DNA from: Escherichia phage APCEc01 | Length of the DNA: 64,000 bases | Sequence record: NC_029091.1 | Reading direction: 5' to 3' (one strand) | In this document: one piece after another, positions 1 to 9,943 of the stretch | How the letters are laid out: each line of letters opens with the position of its first letter | Position numbering within the stretch: the stretch's first letter is position 1 | Notes under the pieces: model-generated | The model's input: the letters and a program-made list of their open reading frames with translations, nothing else | The model's database searches: none | Told to the model about the DNA's origin: nothing | Position numbers and translations under genes: made by a program

Positions 1-398
1 CACACTAAAGGCTCGTCAGGATATGAAACTAAATTGTAAAATTTCTCACGGTTCTCGTTAATATGATAAAGAATTTGGTCGCCGCCTGCATTAGCATATT
101 TCTGAATAGAAGCTTGATACGCTGCTTCCTGAGATGTAATCCAACCATAATACGGGTCGTAGTTGTCATTACACATCAAAAGGACCCAGTATAATTGAGG
201 GTTGCCATAAATGATATTCGCTAGTTCTTCAGGACGCGGAGAGCCTTTAATATAATAAGAACGTAATCTATAATTGGCAGCAACACGCTTAAAGTACTCT
301 TTATAGTTACGAAATATGTCTGTCATAGGAATAGTAGGTGCATTCTTATCAACTGTTTTAGCACTATATCCTATTGGGTCGAAGAATGTAAATAACAA
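1..398 (-). CDS. 53: baseplate wedge protein gp53-like, N-terminal part (gene runs off the window start)
   Basis: Open minus-strand frame from TTG at 398-396 with AAGGAG 6 nt upstream; translation MLFTFFDPIGYSAKTVDKNAPTIPMTDIFRNYKEYFKR... matches my recollection of T4 gp53; late promoter upstream. Missed by the track because it leaves the window. Confidence 0.6.
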   Translation of the reverse strand, partial: MLFTFFDPIGYSAKTVDKNAPTIPMTDIFRNYKEYFKRVAANYRLRSYYIKGSPRPEELANIIYGNPQLYWVLLMCNDNYDPYYGWITSQEAAYQASIQKYANAGGDQILYHINENREKFYNLVSYPDEPLV

Positions 399-425
399 GA
401 TAGTCTCCTTCCAATATGAAATTGG

Positions 426-433
426 TATAAATA
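426..433 (+). promoter_or_regulatory. late promoter TATAAATA for gene 4
   Basis: Exact T4 late consensus TATAAATA about 27 nt upstream of the gene 4 ATG. Confidence 0.6.
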
Positions 434-440
434 ATAATAC

Positions 441-448
441 TATTTATA
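441..448 (-). promoter_or_regulatory. late promoter TATAAATA (minus strand) for gene 53
   Basis: Reverse complement of TATTTATA is TATAAATA, about 43 nt upstream of the gp53 TTG; divergent with the gene 4 promoter. Confidence 0.55.
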
Positions 449-459
449 AGGAGGACAAC

Positions 460-909
460 ATGGCCTACTCTGGTAAATGGGTCCCAAAAAATTTAAAAAA
501 ATACCGTGGAGACCATACCAAAATAACGTATCGTTCAAACTGGGAAAAATTCTTTTTCGAATGGTTGGATAAAAATCCAGAAATTATTGCATGGGGTAGT
601 GAAACAGCAGTAATTCCATATTTTTGTAATGCTGAAGGTAAGAAACGTCGATACTATATGGACATATGGATGAAAGATGCATCAGGTCAAGAGTTCTTTG
701 TAGAAATAAAACCAAAGAAAGAAACTCAGCCACCTATTAAACCGGTGAATCTTACAACTGCGGCTAAGAAACGTTATATGAATGAAATCTACACGTGGTC
801 TGTGAACTGTGACAAATGGAAAGCTGCCTCAGCTGTTGCTGAAAAGAGAAATATAAAATTTCGAGTTCTAACCGAAGATGGTCTTAGAAAACTCGGATAC
901 AAGGGGTAA
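460..909 (+). CDS. 4: head completion protein gp4
   Basis: ATG at 460 after AAGGAGG; 149 aa starting [11 protein letters not shown]; size and position between 53 and 2 as in T4. Track start 316 is an upstream extension overlapping gp53 on the other strand. Confidence 0.6.
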   Translation: MAYSGKWVPKNLKKYRGDHTKITYRSNWEKFFFEWLDKNPEIIAWGSETAVIPYFCNAEGKKRRYYMDIWMKDASGQEFFVEIKPKKETQPPIKPVNLTTAAKKRYMNEIYTWSVNCDKWKAASAVAEKRNIKFRVLTEDGLRKLGYKG

Positions 910-911
910 TT

Positions 912-1733
912 ATGAGCATATTCCAAATTATATCTGAAGGCGTACAAGCCCCTAAGATTGCTCAGTCTATGAATGAAAGAAAATGGATTGAGATAGGATT
1001 AGAATACAAGAAAGCTAAAGAGAAAGGAATCACTGCAAAAGCATTTGCAGAATCAAAAGGAATAAAATACTCGTCGTTTACATCTGCAATGTCTAGATAT
1101 GCATCATCTATTAAGACTGCACAGAAAATTGAAACGCTTGAATCTAAACCTAAAAATAAACTCAATAAGCAAGAACGTCAACTTCTGATGATAAACTCGT
1201 TTCGCAGTTCAATACGAGAAAAGATTAGAAATGAAGGCGCAGCAGTAAACAACAAATCATCTAAGTGGTTTGTTGAAACAATTAAAAAAAGTGTAAAAGG
1301 TCATAAAGTAGTCAAGCCTACGCCAGGCAAAATTTATACTTACGTGTATGATGCTAAACATAAAGATACTCTGCCATACTGGGACCGATATCCTTTGATT
1401 ATTTATTTAGGATTAGGTAAACATAATTTGATGTATGGGTTAAACTTGCACTATATCCCACCTAAAGCACGTCAACAGTTTCTTGAAGAATTGCTGAAGC
1501 AATATGCTAGCACAACTACTATTACTAATAACACAAAGTTGAAGATAGACTGGAGCAAGGTGAAAGGATTTCAAGGTGCTGACAAAATGATTAAAGCATA
1601 CCTGCCAGGCCACATTAGAGGAACAATAACAGAAATAGCTCCTAAAGACTGGGCTAACATAATCATGTTACCTACTCAGCAGTTTATGTCAAAAGGAAAA
1701 CGTTTCTCTGCGAATACTGTTTGGAAATCTTAA
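912..1733 (+). CDS. 2: DNA end protector protein gp2-like
   Basis: 273 aa, same size and position as T4 gp2; basic protein; ATG 2 nt after the gp4 stop. Confidence 0.55.
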   Translation: MSIFQIISEGVQAPKIAQSMNERKWIEIGLEYKKAKEKGITAKAFAESKGIKYSSFTSAMSRYASSIKTAQKIETLESKPKNKLNKQERQLLMINSFRSSIREKIRNEGAAVNNKSSKWFVETIKKSVKGHKVVKPTPGKIYTYVYDAKHKDTLPYWDRYPLIIYLGLGKHNLMYGLNLHYIPPKARQQFLEELLKQYASTTTITNNTKLKIDWSKVKGFQGADKMIKAYLPGHIRGTITEIAPKDWANIIMLPTQQFMSKGKRFSANTVWKS

Positions 1734-1835
1734 TTCTATTCTCTTCCGTTCTTCTGATATTCTGTTGAACCGGATTAATGGAAGAGACCTAAAACCATTA
1801 TACTGCATTTTTATTAAAGCGTTTTTGAGGTGCTT

Positions 1836-2420
1836 ATGACTCGTCCAACGAGACAGATTTTTAACCAAACAAATATAACAAACTTTGTTGTGGATATCCC
1901 AGATAGTACACGAACTTCAGGTTTTGTGCTCAATGCCCAAACAGCTCCATTGCCAGGTGTGAGAATTCCTGTTGTTGAAACTGTGACAGGCACAATGGGG
2001 TTAGGACGTGCAATGCGTGCAGGCACCACATTTGAATACGACCCTTTTGTTGTACGATTTATAGTTGATGAAGACATGACGTCCTGGATGAACATGTATA
2101 AATGGATGCTCAGCACTAATAACTATATAACCGGACATAATACGGCCCACTCCGATGGTCCTGAGTTTGTTACTTTGCACATTTTAAACAACAATAAGAC
2201 TGAAGTAGTTTTGACGGCGAATTTCTATAAACCATGGATTTCTGATTTGAGTGAAATTGAATTTAGTTACACCGAAGACTCTGACCCTGCCGTTACGTGC
2301 GTAGCAACTATTCACTATGCGTACATGACGATAGAAAAGGATGGTGAAGTCATTGTATCTCAACAACCACGTCAAGCAGTCGAATCTAAATCCATTTCTA
2401 GACACCCTTCCTTGCGTTAA
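1836..2420 (+). CDS. 3: tail completion / sheath stabilizer gp3-like
   Basis: ATG 1836 after GAGG; 194 aa; between gene 2 and gene 1 as in T4. Confidence 0.5.
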   Translation: MTRPTRQIFNQTNITNFVVDIPDSTRTSGFVLNAQTAPLPGVRIPVVETVTGTMGLGRAMRAGTTFEYDPFVVRFIVDEDMTSWMNMYKWMLSTNNYITGHNTAHSDGPEFVTLHILNNNKTEVVLTANFYKPWISDLSEIEFSYTEDSDPAVTCVATIHYAYMTIEKDGEVIVSQQPRQAVESKSISRHPSLR

Positions 2421-2473
2421 TCGCTTCTAGCTCCGTATGTTATAATCACTCATAAATTATATGAGGAAAACCT

Positions 2474-3208
2474 ATGGAGCTAATCTTTTTAAGTGGCATC
2501 AAACGTAGTGGTAAAGACACCACTGCTGATTACATCAATTCAAACTTTAAATCCGTAAAATACCAATTAGCATATCCAATTAAAGACGCTCTAGCAATAG
2601 CCTGGGGACGTAGGCATGCTGAAAATCCTGATGTATTCACAGAGTTGAAATACGAATACTTTGAAGGCATTGGATACGACCGTGAAACACCATTAAATCT
2701 CAATAAGTTGGATGTTATTGAATTATTGGAAGAAGCGCTAATTTATTTGCAAAGTCAATATTTACCGATTAATAATGTTAAAGTATTATCATCGTTAGAA
2801 GGTGGATATTCGTATCTAGATATTAAACCATATGAAGCCCTGCGTGAAGCTATAAATAATATCAACGACACATGGTCAATCCGCCGTCTTATGCAAGCCC
2901 TCGGTACGGATGTTGTCGTTAATTTATTTGACCGTATGTATTGGGTTAAACTTTTTGCATTAAACTATATGGATTATATTGGAAGTGATTTCGATTACTA
3001 TGTTGTGACCGATACACGCCAAGTCCATGAAATGGAAACCGCTAGAGCGATGGGTGCTACAGTTATTCATGTGGTTCGCTCTGGTACGGAATCCACCGAT
3101 AAACATATTACAGAAGCTGGGTTGCCTATTGAAGAAGGCGATTTAGTTATTACAAACGACGGCTCTTTAGAAGAGCTTTATTCTAAAATTGAAACAATCT
3201 TAAGGTAA
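2474..3208 (+). CDS. 1: deoxynucleoside monophosphate kinase gp1
   Basis: 244 aa; N-terminus MELIFLSGIKRSGKDTTADYI with P-loop; close to remembered T4 gp1. Confidence 0.8.
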   Translation: MELIFLSGIKRSGKDTTADYINSNFKSVKYQLAYPIKDALAIAWGRRHAENPDVFTELKYEYFEGIGYDRETPLNLNKLDVIELLEEALIYLQSQYLPINNVKVLSSLEGGYSYLDIKPYEALREAINNINDTWSIRRLMQALGTDVVVNLFDRMYWVKLFALNYMDYIGSDFDYYVVTDTRQVHEMETARAMGATVIHVVRSGTESTDKHITEAGLPIEEGDLVITNDGSLEELYSKIETILR

Positions 3209-3212
3209 TAAA

Positions 3213-3898
<686 letters not shown>

Positions 3899-3911
3899 TT
3901 TTCACAAAACA

Positions 3912-3950
3912 GTTTACATAAAGATGATGGTGTGTTACTATCATCCTATC
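3912..3950 (+). promoter_or_regulatory. early promoter (PeSL-like)
   Basis: GTTTAC -35 at 3912, TACTAT -10 about 18 nt downstream; short inverted repeat ATGAT/ATCAT around the -10. Confidence 0.5.
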
Positions 3951-3975
3951 AAATAAACAGCCTCAAGGAAATAAA

Positions 3976-4263
3976 ATGAAATCCTATAAAGAATTTATAT
4001 CACCTTTTGCTAACGTTTCTACTCTGACCGAAGCAACCCTTACTTCCGAAGTTATTAAAGCAAATAAAGGACGTGAGGGTAAACCAATGATTAGCCTGGT
4101 TGACGGCGAAGAAGTAAAAGGTACTGTTTACTTAGGGGATGGATGGTCTGCTAAGAAAGACGGCGCTACTATTGTTATCTCTCCGGCCGAAGAGACTGCA
4201 CTGTTTAAAGCTAAGCATATTTCTGTAGCTCAGCTTAAAATTATTGCAAAAACTCTTCTGTAA
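3976..4263 (+). CDS. ipI: internal head protein (IPI-like) with capsid targeting sequence
   Basis: 95 aa; N-terminus MKSYKEFISPF resembles the MKTYQEFIAE targeting sequence of T4 internal proteins; next to 57B as T4 ipI. Confidence 0.55.
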   Translation: MKSYKEFISPFANVSTLTEATLTSEVIKANKGREGKPMISLVDGEEVKGTVYLGDGWSAKKDGATIVISPAEETALFKAKHISVAQLKIIAKTLL

Positions 4264-4266
4264 GTA

Positions 4267-4306
4267 GTTTACATGCTGATAGGACTATGTTATAGTAGTC
4301 CTATCA
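4267..4306 (+). promoter_or_regulatory. early promoter (PeSL type)
   Basis: GTTTAC at 4267, TATAGT at 4291; inverted repeat TAGGACTA / TAGTCCTA flanks the -10; followed by CTATCAAAACAA box. Confidence 0.6.
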
Positions 4307-4333
4307 AAACAAATGAGTAAATGGAGAAATAAA

Positions 4334-4519
4334 ATGAAACGCGCTGAACTGATTCGTAATGTTGCTGTAGTAATTGCTTCAATGGCTTTTAGTTTTTCGA
4401 TGTTTGTAGGATTCATTTGCGGACTACTGACAACAACTGAAAATTCTATCTCATTGGTAGTAGCATTTCTAATCGGTTTAATCGCTATCGTTATGGATAA
4501 AATTGCAAAAGGTGAGTAA
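4334..4519 (+). CDS. small membrane protein
   Basis: ATG 4334 after GGAG; 61 aa with hydrophobic core; track start 4313 is an upstream extension. Confidence 0.5.
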   Translation: MKRAELIRNVAVVIASMAFSFSMFVGFICGLLTTTENSISLVVAFLIGLIAIVMDKIAKGE

Positions 4520-4520
4520 A

Positions 4521-4883
4521 ATGAAATATCACGTATATGCGGATTTTGAAGCAAATCCTTCTAAAGACCCTGATTGTCGTTTGATACGCAAACCATTTGA
4601 TTCAGCAGCTCAAGCATGGACTTGGATTAAATCTAAATCGCCTGGTTATATGTTCTTTGAAGTAGTCGATGACAATGGTACACTGCATCCAGAACCTACA
4701 GAAACTATTAATTTCCTTCTGTTTGCTGGTTACGACTGTTATCCTCTTGGTGGTATTGATGATCTTGTTGCTACAGGAAAAACTGTTGAGGCTCTTCGCG
4801 AAATTTATAAAAACGCAGAAGAAAATTTTGACTGGTACCAGATTGTCAGTGCACATACTTTTGAAGTGGTGGAACACTCATGA
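4521..4883 (+). CDS. hypothetical protein
   Basis: ATG 4521 (MKYHVYADFEA) 1 nt after previous stop, GGTGAG upstream; 120 aa. Confidence 0.5.
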   Translation: MKYHVYADFEANPSKDPDCRLIRKPFDSAAQAWTWIKSKSPGYMFFEVVDDNGTLHPEPTETINFLLFAGYDCYPLGGIDDLVATGKTVEALREIYKNAEENFDWYQIVSAHTFEVVEHS

Positions 4884-5170
4884 TTCTTTACGCTAAAGTA
4901 AAATCTGTCGAGAACGGATATGAAAGCGATCAACGTGCAGCTAAAGCACTAGTCGATGACTATGGTATTTTGACTAATTTTGAAGTTGAAAAGGTTTATA
5001 TCGACCGTTCATCTTCGCAAGTTAAATTACTCTGTGAAGATGATAAATTTAACACAGTTAACTTTGATTTCTTTATTGAAACAGAAAAAGGCCCTCTTGA
5101 ATATGATATTTTCAAGAATCCTTTGAAATTACGTTGCATTGAATATAATTACATTAATATGGTACGGTGA
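4880..5170 (+). CDS. hypothetical protein
   Basis: 96 aa; ATGA overlap with upstream gene. Confidence 0.5.
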   Translation: MILYAKVKSVENGYESDQRAAKALVDDYGILTNFEVEKVYIDRSSSQVKLLCEDDKFNTVNFDFFIETEKGPLEYDIFKNPLKLRCIEYNYINMVR

Positions 5171-5174
5171 GTAA

Positions 5175-5690
5175 ATGAATATTTGTTTAGGCAGTACAAT
5201 TCCTAAGGGTTACGTAATTGATGTCACTACTTGGGAAAATGACGGCGACAACTATAAAACTAAAACGTTGTTTGGTGTAGAAGAGCATGAGCTCCAACAG
5301 TTTAAATATCTCTTGAAGAAATTTAAGAGTCGTCATTCCAGCACTAAAGCTGAACGTTACTGTGGTAATACACCATTCAGTGATTGCTCGCTTTTAATCT
5401 ATGAATACTTGGTTGAAGGACTGTTCTCAGACCAGCTTTATCCAGAATTCATTAAAAAGGTCTTTGGTATTGAAGTCGACCTTGGTAATAAATCTGAAGA
5501 AGACGAATCGCGTGTATTTGACCTGTTCCATGAGAATGGATATTTAGTATCAGAAGGTCTCATTGATATTCTTGGCCATGCTTCTGAATATTATGATTAT
5601 GATTTCTTGCGTGTAGTTGAATGTGTTGAATTTGCTTATATTGAAGAAGAAATCGTTTTGCCGACTGTTAAAATGATTGATTTGCTTTAA
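5175..5690 (+). CDS. hypothetical protein
   Basis: 171 aa acidic protein; GGTGAG RBS. Confidence 0.5.
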   Translation: MNICLGSTIPKGYVIDVTTWENDGDNYKTKTLFGVEEHELQQFKYLLKKFKSRHSSTKAERYCGNTPFSDCSLLIYEYLVEGLFSDQLYPEFIKKVFGIEVDLGNKSEEDESRVFDLFHENGYLVSEGLIDILGHASEYYDYDFLRVVECVEFAYIEEEIVLPTVKMIDLL

Positions 5691-5769
5691 GAATTATGTG
5701 TTATTATTAATTCATACCCTCTATTACCAAAGGTGCTCTAAAGTGCCTTTCATAATAGAAAGTTATTTA

Positions 5770-5843
5770 GGCCCTGTAGCTCAATGGTTAGCAGCAGTCC
5801 CCTCATAAGGGAAAGGTTACCAGTTCGAATCTGGTCTGGGTCA
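5770..5843 (+). tRNA. tRNA with anticodon CAU (Met or Ile2/AUA-reading type)
   Basis: Hand fold: acceptor GGCCCTG/CTGGGTC (one U-U mismatch), T arm ACCAG-TTCGAAT-CTGGT, anticodon loop CTCATAA; no encoded CCA. Confidence 0.6.
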
Positions 5844-5849
5844 TATATT

Positions 5850-5926
<77 letters not shown>

Positions 5927-5944
5927 ACTTTAAGTGAGGAAAAT

Positions 5945-6289
5945 ATGAAAGGTAATATTTATCTGGTAGTTCATGATTTAACGTTTTATTTTAATGAACA
6001 GGATACAGTTATTTCCGACCGGTTGATTAATTCGTTATATCAACACGCTGATTACGTTTATTTCCAAAATGAATTTGGCCATTGGAAGTTTCTTAAAAAC
6101 CGTTCCGGGTTAACTAGTTTTGAATACTTTGACCGTAAAGACCTTTTAAACGAAATTCCATTACAACATCGGTTCCAGAAACGCGAATCACTATACTATT
6201 GTCGTCATATACCAAATGCTGAATGTGTTTATGAAGCGATTAATCTATGGCGTCGGCGTCGAGAGCAAATTGATGATATGCCAAAATAA
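5945..6289 (+). CDS. hypothetical protein
   Basis: ATG 5945 after GAGG, just downstream of tRNA-Arg; 114 aa. Track start 5897 lies inside the tRNA. Confidence 0.45.
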   Translation: MKGNIYLVVHDLTFYFNEQDTVISDRLINSLYQHADYVYFQNEFGHWKFLKNRSGLTSFEYFDRKDLLNEIPLQHRFQKRESLYYCRHIPNAECVYEAINLWRRRREQIDDMPK

Positions 6290-6457
6290 GAAGCCGGGTC
6301 GCTACCGGCAAGTCGTCGGACTGATGTTCCCTGAGTAAGGACTGGTCTTAATAAATCTTTACGATTTGTTAATATCCCCTTACATCACAGCAGAAACGGC
6401 GCACAGAATTATCGATTCGAGGAAATATCTTTGTCGTAAGCCGAGTAGCGTTTTTGA

Positions 6458-6549
6458 CGGAACGTTCGGATATGGTCGAGATATGGCCTTTTAAAAATAT
6501 TGAGTAGCGTCAACTGCTTAATAACCGGGTTCGAATCCCGGCGTTTCGT
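6458..6549 (+). ncRNA. tRNA-like element (possible degenerate tRNA or small stable RNA)
   Basis: Perfect T arm CCGGG-TTCGAAT-CCCGG followed by CGTTTCG that can pair with CGGAACG at 6458; D and anticodon arms do not fold canonically; lies in a 370-bp ORF-free stretch ending in a terminator. Confidence 0.25.
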
Positions 6550-6600
6550 ACAAACACTTGCCTTAGCAGGTGGAACCCCGACAAGGTTGCCGCAAGGCTT

Positions 6601-6630
6601 AGCCCCTTCCGAAAGGTCGGGGCTTTTTGG
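6601..6630 (+). terminator. rho-independent terminator
   Basis: AGCCCC-TTCCGAAAGGTC-GGGGCT hairpin with GAAA tetraloop core, then TTTTTGG. Confidence 0.7.
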
Positions 6631-6673
6631 CATAATAATAAATAGATAAGTTAATTAACTTAGGAAAAGCAAC

Positions 6674-7138
6674 ATGAAATCATACGCTGAATTTTTGACT
6701 GAACAATCTAGTTCAGATGTAAAAGCCGCTGCGATTGCAGCAATTCAAGCAGGTAAATATTCTTACAAAGACGCCTCTGATGAAGAACGTTTCCGTTTTA
6801 TTAGAGATTTTAAAGCCGAAGGTTTTACTAATGCTAATACTGTTAGCCGAGTTTTTAAAAGCCTAGCTGCATCAGGTGAATTGTTCCAGAAAGCTACAGG
6901 TAAAGCACCTGCGCCAAAAACAGACCCTAAAGCAGCTCAAGAAAAAAATATCGCCAAAGGAATTATTTCTAAGTATGAAGCAATTCTTAAAGAGCTTTTA
7001 GTAATCAAAACAGAAGGCCAGAAACTGGCACGAGCACATAGCTTCAAAGATAATCCTCACGCTCATAGCCTTGAGTATGTTGAAGATATCCAAAAACTTA
7101 TTAAAGACCGTATCTGGTCTGCTAAACAAATTAAATAA
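6674..7138 (+). CDS. internal-protein-like protein with capsid targeting sequence
   Basis: 154 aa; N-terminus MKSYAEFLTEQ. Confidence 0.5.
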   Translation: MKSYAEFLTEQSSSDVKAAAIAAIQAGKYSYKDASDEERFRFIRDFKAEGFTNANTVSRVFKSLAASGELFQKATGKAPAPKTDPKAAQEKNIAKGIISKYEAILKELLVIKTEGQKLARAHSFKDNPHAHSLEYVEDIQKLIKDRIWSAKQIK

Positions 7139-7144
7139 TAGAAT

Positions 7145-7172
7145 GCCCCTTCCTTATGGTTGGGGCCTTTTG
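7145..7172 (+). terminator. rho-independent terminator
   Basis: GCCCC...GGGGC stem followed by CTTTTGG; same family as the 6601 and 22839 terminators. Confidence 0.6.
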
Positions 7173-7204
7173 GTATCTAGGGCATAAAAATATTTCATAA
7201 AGAT

Positions 7205-7245
7205 GTTTACTTCTTCTAAGGACATGATACTATAGACTTATCAAC
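7205..7245 (+). promoter_or_regulatory. early promoter (PeSL type)
   Basis: GTTTAC at 7205, TACTAT 17 nt downstream, then TAGACTTATCAAC box. Confidence 0.55.
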
Positions 7246-7261
7246 CATAGAGGAAAATGTT

Positions 7262-7765
7262 ATGAGTCTTTACACTGAACTGAATAAAAAATCTGAAGAA
7301 TCTGCTGAAACTATTTTTAAAAACGTGCAAAAGCGTATTTTGGAAAAGATGTACGATGCAGCATCTAAAGGTGAAAAATCTTGCCGGTTTCCGATGAGGT
7401 GTTCTTCTGATTTATGCGCAAATACTATTGAATGGCTGGAAAGTGAAGGTCTTACGGTAGAGAAAAACCCGGCGACTTCTATTGACGGCGAATCATATAT
7501 TAGTATTTCTTGGGATAAATCAAGGGTAGAAGAGAAAGATGGTGATTGGGTTGTAGATGTTAAAACTTCTGATGGTGGACGTTCTGTTGAAGTTTCAGCT
7601 GTAGTTAAAGGCACCCACGAACAAAGGACTTGGGGTTGGGGTGGTGAAGAAAAAGAAATTGTTCTTAGTGTGATTGCCAGGTCAACTAGTAATAAAATTG
7701 CACAAAGCATCATTGACGCTGCAATTGCTGAAGCAGAAAAAATTTGCAAAATTAAAAATAAATGA
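7262..7765 (+). CDS. hypothetical protein
   Basis: 167 aa; AGAGGA RBS; antisense ORF 7270..7779 judged spurious. Confidence 0.5.
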   Translation: MSLYTELNKKSEESAETIFKNVQKRILEKMYDAASKGEKSCRFPMRCSSDLCANTIEWLESEGLTVEKNPATSIDGESYISISWDKSRVEEKDGDWVVDVKTSDGGRSVEVSAVVKGTHEQRTWGWGGEEKEIVLSVIARSTSNKIAQSIIDAAIAEAEKICKIKNK

Positions 7766-7766
7766 T

Positions 7767-7810
7767 GTACAAACGCCAAGGATGGTGGTACTATAGACTT
7801 ATCAACTACA
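7767..7810 (+). promoter_or_regulatory. early promoter (PeSL type)
   Basis: GTACAA -35-like, TACTAT -10, TAGACTTATCAACTACAGAGG box. Confidence 0.5.
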
Positions 7811-7824
7811 GAGGAGTAAACAAA

Positions 7825-7989
7825 ATGACTACTTTAATTATTTGGTTCGATGAAAATGAAGAAACATACTGTGTGAATATTGGTGAAAGTCCAATGCCTG
7901 AATTTGAATCCTCGGATAAAAACTCTGTTGTATCTTGGGCTGAAGGTTATAAAGCAGCTAAAGGTGACGTTGAAATAATTTACATCTAA
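7825..7989 (+). CDS. hypothetical small protein
   Basis: ATG 7825 after GAGGAG; 54 aa (MTTLIIWFDENEE...). Confidence 0.4.
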   Translation: MTTLIIWFDENEETYCVNIGESPMPEFESSDKNSVVSWAEGYKAAKGDVEIIYI

Positions 7990-8020
7990 GTAAGTTTATG
8001 TTATAGTAATCACATCAAAT
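7979..8020 (+). promoter_or_regulatory. early promoter
   Basis: TTTACA at 7979, TATAGT at 8003 (18-nt spacer). Confidence 0.45.
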
Positions 8021-8035
8021 CAAGAGGAAAATAAA

Positions 8036-8263
8036 ATGGCTAAAGTTAGTATTGATGTCGTTGATTATGAATACACCGAAGAAGTTATTCGCAACCGACA
8101 CCCTGAAGTTCGTATCGATTCAGTCCAAGATTCCAAGTTCTGGACAACTGAGCTTAATCTGAGTGGTCCTTATGAAGCTGTTAAGAAGTTCATGGTTGAA
8201 GAATACTGCGAAGGCATGCACCCCGAAGACGCCAAGTTTTATGTCAATTTGATTAAAAAATAA
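8036..8263 (+). CDS. hypothetical protein
   Basis: 75 aa acidic protein; AAGAGGAAA RBS. Confidence 0.45.
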   Translation: MAKVSIDVVDYEYTEEVIRNRHPEVRIDSVQDSKFWTTELNLSGPYEAVKKFMVEEYCEGMHPEDAKFYVNLIKK

Positions 8264-8300
8264 TTTACAAACTCTTGAGAGCAGAGTATAATGCTCTCAT
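8263..8300 (+). promoter_or_regulatory. early promoter (PeSL type), near-duplicate of element at 38776
   Basis: TTTACA -35, TATAAT -10 at 8287, inverted repeat GAGAGC / GCTCTC flanking the -10. Confidence 0.6.
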
Positions 8301-8333
8301 CGGATAACAAACCACCAATTGAAAGGTAATAAT

Positions 8334-8927
8334 ATGAACACACTGAAGAAACTTGTTGAATTCATCCGCACTAAACTTGGTACTGCTATGGCTAAAAATC
8401 TGACTGTCGAAGAACAGTATAACGCAGCTGCAGATAAGTTGATTACCCAAATCAAAGAACTAAAAACGGCTTCTGTTAAATCTATTAATGAAGAAAAACG
8501 TATTCGCGAACTTGTTAATGAAAAGAACAAACAAGCCGCTTCTAAGGAACGTGAAATTCGTAAGCTCTTGGCTGAAGGACAAGATGTTACCATGCATGCT
8601 AAGCTTGGTCTTCTGTATCGTCGAACTGCCGAACAACTTAATACAAAGGCTGACGGGTATGCCGCTATGCGAATTGAAATTGCTCGTAAGGTGGTTGAAC
8701 TTGATGATGCTCGTCAGAATCTGGCAATCAAACTCGAATACATTCGTGAAACTCGAGCAGCCAATGCCCTTGGTATCTCTACGGCTGATGATGTAATTGA
8801 AATCGCTGCACTGACTAAGGTTGATATCGAAGACACTCTGACTCGTGTTGAAACGTTCAATGGCACTCCAGCCGGTGTCGAAACCACTTCTGCTGATGTA
8901 CAAGAATATATTAACTCTTTGAAATAA
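8334..8927 (+). CDS. coiled-coil protein, function unknown
   Basis: ATG 8334; 197 aa, heptad-rich. Confidence 0.5.
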   Translation: MNTLKKLVEFIRTKLGTAMAKNLTVEEQYNAAADKLITQIKELKTASVKSINEEKRIRELVNEKNKQAASKEREIRKLLAEGQDVTMHAKLGLLYRRTAEQLNTKADGYAAMRIEIARKVVELDDARQNLAIKLEYIRETRAANALGISTADDVIEIAALTKVDIEDTLTRVETFNGTPAGVETTSADVQEYINSLK

Positions 8928-8935
8928 AATAATAC

Positions 8936-8958
8936 GGAGGACTCCGGTCCTCCTTTTG
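8936..8958 (+). terminator. rho-independent terminator
   Basis: GGAGGAC-TCCG-GTCCTCC hairpin then TTTTGG. Confidence 0.7.
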
Positions 8959-8976
8959 GATAATAAAGGAGTTAAC

Positions 8977-9579
8977 ATGCGAAACCAAAATAATGATATT
9001 GACTCAATGTTCGAAGAGTTCCGAGATAAGGTAAATCCACCTACGTCTTTAGTTGATTCATTACGATATGTTGCAACCGGACGTAAATGGTACTGGTCGT
9101 CTTCTTATGAGACTACTGAGAAAACGGCTAGCCATAGCAGAAAATCTTTATTAGCCCCAGGTATTATGATTCATGATATCGGAGCTATTGCTAAACTAGT
9201 TGCAGACCATGATATTAGATTCACCGATTTCGTTGCTCCTACATGGTCTGTTTGTTGTTTAAACACTGAATGGGAATATATCAGCGAACGCTCTAAAGAT
9301 TATTATGGTTTTAGAGATAAGCTTCTGAGGTCTAACATGTTTTATATTGATACAGAAGTTCTGGTCAATAATAAAAAATACTACTTCACTTTAATCGTCG
9401 ATTCTGAAACTATGTATGAAGGCGGGCCTTTGCTTAAGAGAGTTGATGCTTTAAGTGCTATTGATGCGCTTTATGAAACTATGGTTGTTAGTCCTAATTT
9501 CACTAACAATTTAATCCTTGAGCAATTTATTATGGAATGTAGAGAATATGTCAAAGCCAACCCTGTACATGCCAATTAA
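8977..9579 (+). CDS. hypothetical protein
   Basis: ATG 8977 after AAGGAG; 200 aa; C-terminal region contains EQFIMECR junction motif. Confidence 0.5.
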   Translation: MRNQNNDIDSMFEEFRDKVNPPTSLVDSLRYVATGRKWYWSSSYETTEKTASHSRKSLLAPGIMIHDIGAIAKLVADHDIRFTDFVAPTWSVCCLNTEWEYISERSKDYYGFRDKLLRSNMFYIDTEVLVNNKKYYFTLIVDSETMYEGGPLLKRVDALSAIDALYETMVVSPNFTNNLILEQFIMECREYVKANPVHAN

Positions 9580-9943
9580 GCCCTGGGCATACGAATACAA
9601 GCGTAAATTAATCCCAAATGAAGTACTATTTGGCCCTATTTTAGCTTTAGCATTTTTAATCTTTATGATTATAGGAGCTGTTTTAGATTCCAATAAAGTT
9701 ATATCGTCTGATGCAGCATTTTCATTAATGTTCGTCGCACCACTTATTGTACCGTTTTTATTAATGCCTATTAATTGGGTAGGATATTGGCACCAAGGCC
9801 GTCATCACAGAGCTCGAGTAAGAGAATGGAAAGTTCAGTGCGCAAAAGCCCAAGCTCAGTATGATGAAGCTGTTAAAAAGTATGAATATGAAGAAGCTAT
9901 GGAATTCGTTAAGGAAATAAGATGCAAAAGCCTCAACTCTTAA
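9548..9943 (+). CDS. membrane protein
   Basis: Two hydrophobic segments; start uncertain (ATG 9548 or 9569), overlaps upstream gene end. Confidence 0.4.
   Translation: MSKPTLYMPIKPWAYEYKRKLIPNEVLFGPILALAFLIFMIIGAVLDSNKVISSDAAFSLMFVAPLIVPFLLMPINWVGYWHQGRHHRARVREWKVQCAKAQAQYDEAVKKYEYEEAMEFVKEIRCKSLNS

Noticed and set aside
316-459. N-terminal 48 codons of track ORF 316..909
   Set aside because: No RBS at 316; a strong AAGGAGG-ATG start exists at 460 giving a T4-sized gp4; the region is occupied by the gp53 start and divergent late promoters.
6409-6633. 74-aa minus-strand ORF
   Set aside because: Lies in the tRNA-like / terminator region, includes the terminator hairpin, has no RBS; the region is more likely non-coding RNA.
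7270-7779. 169-aa minus-strand ORF
   Set aside because: Completely overlaps plus-strand ORF 7262..7765, which has an RBS and promoter; low-complexity Ser/Leu-rich translation typical of antisense frames in AT-rich DNA.
8334-8927. Assignment of the 197-aa coiled-coil protein to the PspA/IM30 family
   Set aside because: Only general coiled-coil character and size match; no specific motif recognised, so left as hypothetical.
8460-8978. 172-aa minus-strand ORF
   Set aside because: Antisense to the coiled-coil gene 8334..8927; no promoter or RBS context on the minus strand.
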